Assembly (NCBI GenBank): GCA_965248575.1
Contig: CBDFJQ010000002.1
Span: 3,296,001 to 3,360,000 of the forward strand
DNA length: 64,000 nt
DNA from: Planctomycetota bacterium
GTDB lineage: Bacteria; Planctomycetota; B15-G4
Direction of reading: 5' to 3'
Positions 27,488-36,172 of this stretch are shown here, piece by piece. The notes below the pieces were generated by a model. That model had not been told where the DNA came from. It ran no database searches and was given only the letters and a program-made list of their open reading frames with translations. The position numbers and the translations under genes were made by a program. How positions within the stretch are numbered: the first letter of the stretch is position 1; the number at the start of each line of letters is the position of its first letter.

Positions 27488-28060
27488 ATGCATTTCCTGA
27501 CTCGTCAGCGACTCCACATCTCGCTCTTCCATCCGCTGATGAAGGTGCTGATGTCGCTCTACATCGTGAGCGTTGGAGCTGGACTCTGGGTCGCGACCCT
27601 CAAGTACACCGACCGCGCCGACTGGAGCGCACAAGGTGTCGAGCTGATGGTGCACGGCAGCGAGGAACGCGCGGCCGACGACGCCTTCGGGGACCCGCTG
27701 GCCGGGCTCGAGCCGGAGACCCACGAGGGCATGAGTCGCCGGGAGCTGGTGGACATCGCCCACCCGCATCTCTTCACCATCCCCATCGTGTTGTTCATTC
27801 TCGGGCACCTTCTGCATCTCACACGGCTGCCCGACTGGCTCAAGCTCGGCATCAACGTGGCGGCCTTCGGGTCCTTCTTGGCCACCTTCCTGCTGCCCTT
27901 CCTGATCATCGAGAACGCGACCCTCGCGCCGGCCCTCTACATCTCGGGCTGGACCATGCTCGTCAGCTTCGTACTGCTCTGCGCGATCCCGCTGGTGGAG
28001 ATGTGGTTCGGGAAACCCGGCAGCTCAGGGTTTGATGCGATTCCGAAGCGCGGCGCGTAG
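27488..28060 (+). CDS. Four-TM membrane protein with intramembrane histidines (putative cytochrome b-like)
   Basis: Four hydrophobic helices; TM2 reads AHPHLFTIPIVLFILGHLLH. Confidence 0.7.
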   Translation: MHFLTRQRLHISLFHPLMKVLMSLYIVSVGAGLWVATLKYTDRADWSAQGVELMVHGSEERAADDAFGDPLAGLEPETHEGMSRRELVDIAHPHLFTIPIVLFILGHLLHLTRLPDWLKLGINVAAFGSFLATFLLPFLIIENATLAPALYISGWTMLVSFVLLCAIPLVEMWFGKPGSSGFDAIPKRGA

Positions 28061-28084
28061 AACACCGGCCCGCGCCCGGCCGCC

Positions 28085-28954
28085 TCAGGAAGCCTCTTCG
28101 GGCGAGCTCTGGATCCAGTTCTCGAGCACGCGCTCCAGCTGGTCCGCCGTGACCGGCTTGGTGACGAAGTCATCCATCCCGATCTCGAGGCAGCGCTTGC
28201 GGTTCTCGGCGATGGCGTGGGCCGTGAGGGCCACGATCGGGGTGTGACGCTCCTCCCCCTCCCGCCGACGAATCTCCTCGGTCGCCGCATAGCCATCCAT
28301 CACGGGCATCTGGCAATCCATCAGGATCAGATCGAAGGCTTCCTTGTCCATTGCATCCAGGGCCGCTTTGCCGTCTGCGACGACCTGCACGGAGTAACCG
28401 AGCTTCTCGATCATGCGCATGGCGACCTTCTGGTTGACCAGGTTGTCCTCCACCACAAGCACTCGGCAATCCGGTCGCCGCTTCGAGCTCGCACTCTTGG
28501 GATCCACGAGAAACTCCACGGTGAACCAGATCGTGTTTCCGACCTTCATGCCGCTGCGGACACCGACCTCGTCGGCGAGCAGGTGCATCGTTTGCTTCCA
28601 CAACGCGAGATCGACGTTCTCTCCTCGCGAGATATCACCGGCGATGGGGAAGGCGCCACCGTCTTCCGAGAGCAGGCCAGCACCGCCGTCGGTCACCTCG
28701 AAGGACACCACGACCCGGTCGCGTACAAGGCTCGTGACACGCGCCGCAACAGACACGGTGCCCCGCTGCGTGACATTCACGGCGTTGGCGATCAACAGCT
28801 GCAATGCCCGCCGCAGACGTCCCTCGTCGCCCACCAGGGCCGTGGGCAGCTCCGCATCACTCAACAGGGTGACGTGAACGCCCCGGGCCTCGGCTTCGCG
28901 GTGTGCCTCAGCCGTCACCGCCTGCAGGGTTTCGGTCGGATCAAAGTCCATCAT
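28085..28954 (-). CDS. Response-regulator receiver fused to a degenerate HATPase_c domain (no HisKA)
   Basis: GD..RLRR..LIANA, FEVTDGGAG, GNTIWFTV; intact receiver VEDN, LMDCQMP.MDG, ALTA, KP. Confidence 0.85.
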   Translation of the reverse strand: MMDFDPTETLQAVTAEAHREAEARGVHVTLLSDAELPTALVGDEGRLRRALQLLIANAVNVTQRGTVSVAARVTSLVRDRVVVSFEVTDGGAGLLSEDGGAFPIAGDISRGENVDLALWKQTMHLLADEVGVRSGMKVGNTIWFTVEFLVDPKSASSKRRPDCRVLVVEDNLVNQKVAMRMIEKLGYSVQVVADGKAALDAMDKEAFDLILMDCQMPVMDGYAATEEIRRREGEERHTPIVALTAHAIAENRKRCLEIGMDDFVTKPVTADQLERVLENWIQSSPEEAS

Positions 28955-29109
28955 CTGCTCTCTCCGAGAGCGCCAGTGTCATTCACCCCGGCGCTCGGGC
29001 TCTCTCTCGCTGACAGCCCGCCCCAGGTGGAGCGGGCCGTCATCCCGATGCTTCGGGTGCGCGAGCGAACAGACTTGAATACATGCGCCTACGCCGACGA
29101 GTCGCAGGC

Positions 29110-30525
29110 CTAGAGACGCACGTAGTCGAAATCGAGGGGCTGGCTGTTGATGCCCTTCGGTGGCGGAGCAATCCAGTTGGCGAACTTGCCCGGCTCCGTG
29201 CAGGGAGCCATGAGGTTCGTCACATATTCGCGATCCGCCTCACTCGGCAACCACTCGTCCTTGCGAGCGGCCCACTCGTCGGCGGTCAGCGGGTTGCCGT
29301 CGATGTCGAAGTGGCTCCCGGCGAAGCTGCCGATGTTGCGGTTGAAGCGACGATGCGGCAAGCGCAGCCGGTCCTTGATCCCTGCCTTCTCGAGGATGGC
29401 GTTCCAGTAGTTGACGCCCTTCTGGTTGTCGTCGATGTAGTCCTCGCGCAGCACTTCGTTCATGGCGTTGCGCATGGGGACCTGCTCCGTGACCAGCTTG
29501 CCGTCCTCCCACAAGGTGACTTCCTTGACCTGGTCGAGGGCAGTGTGCTCCTCGTAGTTCTTCATCTCCCAGGCACGGCCCTTCAGGCTGCTGCCAAAGA
29601 AGTTCGCCGAGTTGCTCGAGACTTCAGCGCCGTAGAGATCGTTGCTGCTGCTGGCCCAGAAGTGGATGTACTTCTGCATGGTCGGCAGGTCGATCACGTG
29701 GTGCTTGCGCGGGTCGTCGTTGGGGTGCTCGTTCATTACTTCGGCACACCGTTGGATCACACGACCGACGCCCGTCTGCCCCACGAACATGTGGTGGGCC
29801 TCTTCCGTCAGCATGAAGCGACAAGTGCGCGCCAGCGGATCGAAGCCTGACTCTGCGAGGCTCAGCAGTTGGAACTTGCCGTCTCGGTCCGTGAACATCG
29901 TGAAGCAGAAGAAGTCGAGCCACGTCTTGATGGGCTCGTTGAACGTCCCCAGGATTCGCGGGTGGTCGGGGTTGCCGCTGCGGCGCTGCAGGAGCTCTTC
30001 CGCCTCTTCGCGACCGTCCTTGCCGAAGTAGGTCTGCAGCAGATAGACCATCGCCCACAGGTGCCGGCCCTCTTCCACGTTCACCTGGAACAGGTTGCGC
30101 ATGTCGTAGAGGCTCGGCGCCGTGTCGGCCAGGAGGCGTTGCTGCTCCACCGAGGCCGGCTCCGTGTCGGCCTGGGTCACGATGATGCGACGCAGCCAGT
30201 TGCGGTACTCGCCCGGAACCTGCTGCCAGGCATCCTCACCCTTGTGGTCGCCGAAGCCGATCTTGCGGTTCTTCTCGGGCTCGGCCAGGAAGATGCCCCA
30301 GCGGTAGTCCGGCATCTTCACGTGCCCGAACTGCGCCCACCCCTTGGAATCCACCGACGTGGCCGTGCGCAGGTAGACATCCTTGTCGTTGTATTGCGTC
30401 GGCCCCATCTCCTTCCACCACTCGATGTAGTTGGGGAGCCACTGCTCAAGGGCGCGTTGCAACCGACGATCCGAGGAGAGGTCGACGTTGTTGGGGATCT
30501 TGCTCTCGTAGTCAATCGAAGCCAT
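29110..30525 (-). CDS. boxB: Benzoyl-CoA 2,3-epoxidase, oxygenase subunit
   Basis: KIPNNV.LS.DRRLQRALEQW, KMPDYRWGIFL, di-iron ligands DTEPASVEQ, EEGRH, TDRDG, EEAHH; C-terminal DFDYVRL. Confidence 0.96.
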   Translation of the reverse strand: MASIDYESKIPNNVDLSSDRRLQRALEQWLPNYIEWWKEMGPTQYNDKDVYLRTATSVDSKGWAQFGHVKMPDYRWGIFLAEPEKNRKIGFGDHKGEDAWQQVPGEYRNWLRRIIVTQADTEPASVEQQRLLADTAPSLYDMRNLFQVNVEEGRHLWAMVYLLQTYFGKDGREEAEELLQRRSGNPDHPRILGTFNEPIKTWLDFFCFTMFTDRDGKFQLLSLAESGFDPLARTCRFMLTEEAHHMFVGQTGVGRVIQRCAEVMNEHPNDDPRKHHVIDLPTMQKYIHFWASSSNDLYGAEVSSNSANFFGSSLKGRAWEMKNYEEHTALDQVKEVTLWEDGKLVTEQVPMRNAMNEVLREDYIDDNQKGVNYWNAILEKAGIKDRLRLPHRRFNRNIGSFAGSHFDIDGNPLTADEWAARKDEWLPSEADREYVTNLMAPCTEPGKFANWIAPPPKGINSQPLDFDYVRL

Positions 30526-30582
30526 GACGAGTTCCTTGAGATAGAGGGTGAAGCGATGTGCGTGTCGTTGTGTCGGTCGGGA

Positions 30583-32235
30583 TCAAGTCCGGGTCCAGTT
30601 GAGCTCGGGACGGTTCGGAGTGCCGTAGCACTGAAGCGCGCCGCGCTGCCCCACGGCGTTCGGCCGCTGGAAGATCCAGTTCTGCCAAGCGGAGAGCCGC
30701 CCGAAGACCTTGGTCTCCATGGTCTCCGGCCCAGCGAACCGCAGGTTGGCTTCCATGCCGGTGAGGGCGTCCGGTGAAAACGACGCCCGCTCTTCGAGGG
30801 CGATGCGCAGGTCGTCTTCCCAGTCGATGCTGTCCGGCGCCATGGTGGCGAGACCCATCTCATCGGCCTGCTCTGCGTCGAGCAGGCTGGATTCAGCGAG
30901 CAACTCATCCACCCGATCTGGCGCGCCGAGATAGCGGGTCTGCAGCCGGGTGAGGCCGTTGGACATGGGGAACGGGCCACCATTCATGACGCTCGTCCCC
31001 ATGGACACGGGGGCGTCAGGGTCGTTGAGCAGGTAGATACGGTCGGCGGAGAGAGCCAGCTCCAGGAAGGTGCCGACGAAGCAGGTCCCCTCGTCAGCCA
31101 CGGCGAAGGTGCTGCGGGCCGACAGGTCGAGGCGCTTCAGGACACGCTTCACGAAGAGACGTACCTCGCGCACGAACCAGTGGTCCTTGCCGCTCTCGAG
31201 CAGCGCGTCTGCGGCCAGCGCCACGGCGGGATCGCCCACCACCCGCAGCGTCAGCGTGCCCACATCCAGGTACTCCAGACGCAGGTGCAGGAGCGCGTCG
31301 TCGAACTGCCTGAAGAGCTTGAAGAACCACCATTCACTTCCGGCGGCGTGTGCGGCCTCCGGAGAATCCGGCCCCGCTGCCTCAGGCAGCGTCAGGGTGA
31401 TCGCGGCCGTGCGGGCTTCCCCGTCGATGGCGACATCCACCATGTCGTAGTGGAAGCCCTCTTCGTCGAAGCTCGCACCGGCTGCTTCGAGCCGAATGCC
31501 CTTCGCGTCACCGCTTGAGGCGGAGCGGGAAACCAGCTCCGCCGCAGCCGTGCTGGTGAGGTCGTCGAACTTGGACAGTGGCGCCACGGCATCCACGAGG
31601 TTCCAGCGCACCGCGCGCTTGCCCTTGATGCCTTCGGCGATGCTGCAGAAGACGTCGGCGAGGTCGCGACGAACCATGCGCTTGTCGACGACACGCGTCA
31701 GCCCCCCCGTACCGGGCAGCACGCCCAGCAGGGGCACTTCCGGAAGCGAGACGGCGGAGTTGCGGTCGTCCACCAAGAGGATGTGGTCCGCGGCCAAGGC
31801 GAGCTCGTAGCCGCCGCCGCTCGCAGTCCCGTTCAGCGCAGCGAGGGTTTTCAGGCCCGAGAACTCGCTTGCGTCTTCGATGTACAGGCGCGTCTCGTTG
31901 GTGAACTTGCAGAAGTTCACTTTGAAAGCGTGGGTGCTCGTACGCAGCATGACGATGTTCGCGCCCGCACAGAACACACGATCCAGGTTGCCCGTGAGCA
32001 CGACACAGCGCACTTCGGGGTGCTCGAAGCGCAGGTGCTGGTAGGCCGCCGCGAGTTCGATGTCCACTCCCAGGTCGTAACTGTTCAGCTTGAGCCGGTA
32101 GTGCTCGTGCAGACCACGATCCTCCTGCACGTTCATGCGCAGCGTGGCGATCGCTCCGTCGACCGTGAGCTGCCAGTGGATGAAGTCCTCCGGCCGTCGG
32201 TGGAACTCAAAGTGCGCGAGGGAGGCTGCGGGCAT
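30583..32235 (-). CDS. boxC: 2,3-epoxybenzoyl-CoA dihydrolase
   Basis: LKLNSYDLGVDIEL, FKVNFCKFTNETR, GGGYELALA, SLPEVPLLGVLPGTGG, SPDALTGMEANLRF.GPETMETK.FGRLSAWQNWIFQRPNA. Start at ATG 32235. Confidence 0.95.
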   Translation of the reverse strand: MPAASLAHFEFHRRPEDFIHWQLTVDGAIATLRMNVQEDRGLHEHYRLKLNSYDLGVDIELAAAYQHLRFEHPEVRCVVLTGNLDRVFCAGANIVMLRTSTHAFKVNFCKFTNETRLYIEDASEFSGLKTLAALNGTASGGGYELALAADHILLVDDRNSAVSLPEVPLLGVLPGTGGLTRVVDKRMVRRDLADVFCSIAEGIKGKRAVRWNLVDAVAPLSKFDDLTSTAAAELVSRSASSGDAKGIRLEAAGASFDEEGFHYDMVDVAIDGEARTAAITLTLPEAAGPDSPEAAHAAGSEWWFFKLFRQFDDALLHLRLEYLDVGTLTLRVVGDPAVALAADALLESGKDHWFVREVRLFVKRVLKRLDLSARSTFAVADEGTCFVGTFLELALSADRIYLLNDPDAPVSMGTSVMNGGPFPMSNGLTRLQTRYLGAPDRVDELLAESSLLDAEQADEMGLATMAPDSIDWEDDLRIALEERASFSPDALTGMEANLRFAGPETMETKVFGRLSAWQNWIFQRPNAVGQRGALQCYGTPNRPELNWTRT

Positions 32236-32321
32236 CTCGGTCGCTGTCACAAGGACTCTCCTGGTCGTGAGGGGGCCCACTTGCCGCGCTCCTCGGCAAA
32301 GCACCACCTCGGGGGAAGCGA

Positions 32322-32368
32322 GGGAATATATCTTTCCCCATTCCTGCCTATATCGGCAATATAGTTCC
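32322..32368. promoter_or_regulatory. Divergent boxC/boxR control region with two imperfect palindromes (putative BoxR operators)
   Basis: GGGAA-TATATCT-TTCCC (32322-32338) and GGCAATATAGTTCC (32355-32368); AT-rich island; TATAGT lies 6 nt before the boxR ATG. Confidence 0.5.
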
Positions 32369-32371
32369 TGC

Positions 32372-33112
32372 ATGAAGCCAGAAGCCCTGCTCCTCGAAAT
32401 TGGCACCCGCCTCCGTGAAGCCCGGAAGGGGCGCGGGCTGAGCTTGGCCGACGCCGCTCGCCGAGCCACCGTCAGCGCCCGCTATCTGCGCATGGCCGAG
32501 GCCGGCAATGCCAACCTGTCGCTCCTGAAGCTGGCCGCCCTCGCCCGAACCCTGAAGCTTCCGCTGGGGCAGCTGTGCGACATCCCGCTCGGCGACGCAC
32601 CCGAGCTACGCATCGCCCTGCTGGGAGTGCGAGGCTGCGGCAAGAGCACGGTGGGGCGCCATCTCGCGCATCAGCTTGAGGTCCCGTTCGTGGAGCTGGA
32701 CGCCCTCGTCGAAGCACGCGCCGGAGTCCCCTTGCGCCAGCTCTTCTCCATCCACGGTGAGGAGCTCTTCCGGGAGCTCCAGCGCGAAGCCCTCGAGTCG
32801 TGGCTGACCCAGCATGGCAGCGGGGTGCTGGCCACAGGCGGGTCCCTCGTAAGCCACCGCGAGACCTTCACTCGTCTGCGCGAAACCTGCCGCACCGTCT
32901 GGCTACGGGCATCTCCTGAGGAGCACTGGCGTCGTGTGGTGGCCCAGGGAGACCTGCGCCCCATGCACGACCGCCCGCGCGCCATGCTCGAGCTGCGCTC
33001 CTTGCTCGACGCAAGGGAGGCGCTCTACTCCACAGCTGATCTGAGCGTGGACACCATGGACGTGGACGCGCCCACCATTGCGAGCCGCATCAGCAACTGG
33101 GCCCTGGGCTGA
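32372..33112 (+). CDS. boxR: BzdR/BoxR-family regulator (XRE HTH plus shikimate-kinase-like domain)
   Basis: IGTRLREARKGRGLS...VSARYL..AE.G..NLS; RIALLGVRGCGKSTVG; ATGGS; RVVAQGDLRPM. Divergent from boxC. Confidence 0.9.
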   Translation: MKPEALLLEIGTRLREARKGRGLSLADAARRATVSARYLRMAEAGNANLSLLKLAALARTLKLPLGQLCDIPLGDAPELRIALLGVRGCGKSTVGRHLAHQLEVPFVELDALVEARAGVPLRQLFSIHGEELFRELQREALESWLTQHGSGVLATGGSLVSHRETFTRLRETCRTVWLRASPEEHWRRVVAQGDLRPMHDRPRAMLELRSLLDAREALYSTADLSVDTMDVDAPTIASRISNWALG

Positions 33113-33141
33113 ACAGCCCAGGGCGTGGGCCAGCCGGAACG

Positions 33142-34992
33142 CTATGGGGCGGTGCTCACCACCGCATTGCTCAGGGCCCCACCAAAGGTCGACACCGTCG
33201 GATCCAGCACGCCCATCTGGTACCAGACCTTGGTTCCCGGAGCCTGACCGGACGGAAAGGGCAGGGACCCAGTGACGGACCCGTTCGCATCCAGCGCAAC
33301 GAAGATCTGGGCGAAGAACGGCCACGCGTGGAGCGTACCCCCAAGGAACGACGCTGGCGCTGAGTCGCCCGACAGCCAGAGCAATGCCAAGCCCGATGGT
33401 GTGCCCTGATCGAGGCTCAGCTGAAGCGGCGATCCCGGGGTGAGATCGCCGTCACCAATGAGGGTGGGCACGCCGTTTTGACCAGGCGTGCCGCCACCCA
33501 GCACTTCCCAACGAGGGGCAAAGAGACTCGGCAGCTTGGCCAGCGCCGCCCCCATCTGAGGCAACGGGCCTACCCAGCCGCCGCTCCCCTGGGCCAGGCC
33601 GGTGCTCGCCAGCAACAGCCGGATGTCGCGTGGCGGAAGCCGAGCGCCACCCAACGCCACCGCGGCCCCCTGCAGCTGGCACACAAGCCCTCCGATCAGG
33701 GCCGTGGCAGCGCTCGTCCCGTTGAAACTGTTGGTATAGGCCTGATTCGGGTCCCCGCCGATGATCAGCCAACTTCCTCCCAGGGAGACGACGATCTCGC
33801 CCCAGCCCTGGACGTCTACTCGCTCGCCGTACGAGCTGAAGTTCATGGCGTCGTGGCTCACGTCGGCCGTCCCGGCACCCACGATGATGGCCCCGGAGTC
33901 GCCCATGGCGCGGTAGTTGAAGTAAGCCGCCGAATCGAGGTTCTGGCTGCCGTTGCCGGCGGCCGCCACGACGACGACCCCCGCGTCCACACCGACCTTC
34001 ACGATCAGGAACAGGGAGGGGTCCACCTCGGCCGGGGCGAGCCCGCCACCCGGGCCGAAGGCCTGCATCTCGAGCACGACGACATCCCCGAAGGCGGAGT
34101 CGGCCAGGGCGTTCGCCACCGCCGTTTCGCGCCGCGGCCCCTCTTCGACGGTCCACTCCGGATAGGTGAACACCGAGCTTTCCCAGGCGATGCCCGTGAG
34201 CCCGTAGCTGTTCTTGCTGGCAGAGGTCAGACCCAAGACCGAGGTCCCGTGGTCATCCCAACCCATACTGATCACGTCGGGGTGGATTGTCTGGCCCGGC
34301 TCAGGTGTCACGCCGACATCCACGAGATCCTCGTGGTCGGTGTTCCAGCCGTACTCGCAATCGGTAAGCCTGATGCCAGCCCCTCGATACCCTTGGCTCC
34401 AGGCGAAGTTGATCTGGAAGCCGGGGTTTCCACCCAGGAACAGCTGGTTGACGGACAGGTTCGACGTCATCGGCGGGATGTCCCCCGGAGGAGGCGCGCC
34501 GAGGGTCTGCAGGTATGCGAACTCCACGGACGGCATGGCGCGCAGGCGGGCACCCACGCGCAGCATGTCCTCGAGACCGTCCTTCTCAAGCTGCACCGCG
34601 AGCAGGCCACCCAGGTCGGGCTGTGCCACGCCGGTCAGGATCTCAGCCCGGAGCGCGAGTTCCTTCAACCGCCGGTCGGGTGTCCCGAGCAACGGTGCGA
34701 ACTGCAAACCCTCTTCACGCGCCAGATCACCCAGGCCGGCAAGCTTCGCCCCTACGAGACTGCTCAGTGAGCCATCGGGGAGGGCGCGGGCTTGAAGTCC
34801 GTCGATCACCTTGATGATCAGGCGCCGTTGAGCCGGCCCGGCGGTCGGCGGCAGGGGGACCGCTCGCACGGGGCCAGGGTCCAGGGGGACTCGCGCCCGG
34901 AGCGCTTGACCGGATGCCGTCGGCAAGAACGCTGCAAGCAGGCAAACGAGAACGCGAACCGCGGCAGGGATAGCGCTTGAGGGGGAATGCAT
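33142..34992 (-). CDS. Secreted S8 (subtilisin-like) serine peptidase with a C-terminal accessory domain
   Basis: Signal peptide, propeptide, triad TDCEYGW / DDHGTSV / FNGTSAA, oxyanion AAGNG. Confidence 0.88.
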   Translation of the reverse strand: MHSPSSAIPAAVRVLVCLLAAFLPTASGQALRARVPLDPGPVRAVPLPPTAGPAQRRLIIKVIDGLQARALPDGSLSSLVGAKLAGLGDLAREEGLQFAPLLGTPDRRLKELALRAEILTGVAQPDLGGLLAVQLEKDGLEDMLRVGARLRAMPSVEFAYLQTLGAPPPGDIPPMTSNLSVNQLFLGGNPGFQINFAWSQGYRGAGIRLTDCEYGWNTDHEDLVDVGVTPEPGQTIHPDVISMGWDDHGTSVLGLTSASKNSYGLTGIAWESSVFTYPEWTVEEGPRRETAVANALADSAFGDVVVLEMQAFGPGGGLAPAEVDPSLFLIVKVGVDAGVVVVAAAGNGSQNLDSAAYFNYRAMGDSGAIIVGAGTADVSHDAMNFSSYGERVDVQGWGEIVVSLGGSWLIIGGDPNQAYTNSFNGTSAATALIGGLVCQLQGAAVALGGARLPPRDIRLLLASTGLAQGSGGWVGPLPQMGAALAKLPSLFAPRWEVLGGGTPGQNGVPTLIGDGDLTPGSPLQLSLDQGTPSGLALLWLSGDSAPASFLGGTLHAWPFFAQIFVALDANGSVTGSLPFPSGQAPGTKVWYQMGVLDPTVSTFGGALSNAVVSTAP

Positions 34993-35113
34993 GAGGGGAG
35001 GACAGCGGTCCCGACGCAGGAAGGCAAGCCACGGGACGGTGTTGCGAGCCCTTCAGAGTAGCAGCAGATCCAGGAACTGAAAATCTGGGCGCAACAACGG
35101 CCCTGGAGGGCTC

Positions 35114-36172
35114 TCAGAGAGCCTGCCGGGGCTGGGCCTCAGCCCAGCACACGTAATCCACCAGGCAGTGTTCAGCCCAGTAGCGGTCCCCGGTCTCGCG
35201 CAGGGCGCGTGAAGCCACGAATCCGCAGTGCCCCCCATGGCTGCTCATGACCAGCTGGATCGCAGGGCAGGCCTCCAGGATCTCCTGCTGATCCGGAGCC
35301 AGGTTGACGAGCAGATCGTCCTCGGAGTGCAGCACCAGGCTTGGGATCTTGAGTGATGGCAACGCCAGGCGACAGCTCGCCTGATCGTAGTACTCGTCCA
35401 CGCTTGTGTAGCCACAGTCCGGGGCCGTGGCCAGGGCATCGAAGCCCCTCAAGGTGTTGACGCCTTTTATGAGACGGGGGTCATAGCGATCCGGAAACAG
35501 CTCCGCGCGCCGTAGGAAGGTGGCTCGCAAGCGTTTCAGGAACGAGTCCCTGTAGATGCGCAGGGCCGGCAGGCTGTCGAGGTTCCCCGCGCAATGGTTG
35601 AGGTCAAGGACAGGCGAGACCGCCACGATGCTCGCCACGTCTGCCGGTGCATCGTCACCCCAGAGCCCCCCCAGGCGCAACGCGATGTTGCCGCCCATGG
35701 AGAAGCCCGTCATGTGGATGCGACGACAACGTTCGTCGAGCACGAGCGCGCGCACCACCGCCTCAAGGTCGTCCACGAGACCGGCGTGATACATGCTGCC
35801 CGCGAGGTGCTCGGTGTCGCCACAGTTGCGCATGTTCAGGCGCACGACATGAAAGCCCGCCGCATAGGCCTTGCGAACGGCACCGCGCATGTACGGCCGG
35901 TCAGCATGGCCGGCGAGCCCGTGGACGATGACCACCACCGGTGCGGCGCCCTGCTGCCATGAACAGAGTCCGAGCACCTTCGTGCCGTCATCCACATCGA
36001 AGACCTGCTCGACGAAGGCCGGGACCGGGTTGCTCCGATTGGGTCGAATGAACATCGACGCCAACGTCATCCGGTGGAACCCGCGCAACAACGCGTGTGG
36101 TTGAAACGCCTCGACCTGCAAGAGCTGCTCATCGCCCACGGCGGCCGACAGACGACTCGGACGCAGGGTCAT
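35114..36172 (-). CDS. YheT-like alpha/beta hydrolase
   Basis: VHGLAG, RLNMRNCG, YHAG, GFSMGGN, LRGFD...TAP..GY....YY, HSEDD, GGHCGF. ATG 36172 in an ATGA overlap. Confidence 0.88.
   Translation of the reverse strand: MTLRPSRLSAAVGDEQLLQVEAFQPHALLRGFHRMTLASMFIRPNRSNPVPAFVEQVFDVDDGTKVLGLCSWQQGAAPVVVIVHGLAGHADRPYMRGAVRKAYAAGFHVVRLNMRNCGDTEHLAGSMYHAGLVDDLEAVVRALVLDERCRRIHMTGFSMGGNIALRLGGLWGDDAPADVASIVAVSPVLDLNHCAGNLDSLPALRIYRDSFLKRLRATFLRRAELFPDRYDPRLIKGVNTLRGFDALATAPDCGYTSVDEYYDQASCRLALPSLKIPSLVLHSEDDLLVNLAPDQQEILEACPAIQLVMSSHGGHCGFVASRALRETGDRYWAEHCLVDYVCWAEAQPRQAL

Noticed and set aside
25820..30525. FMN-ApbE protein as the missing BoxA reductase
   Set aside because: It has a signal peptide (extracytoplasmic) whereas BoxB is cytoplasmic; the genes are convergent and separately regulated.
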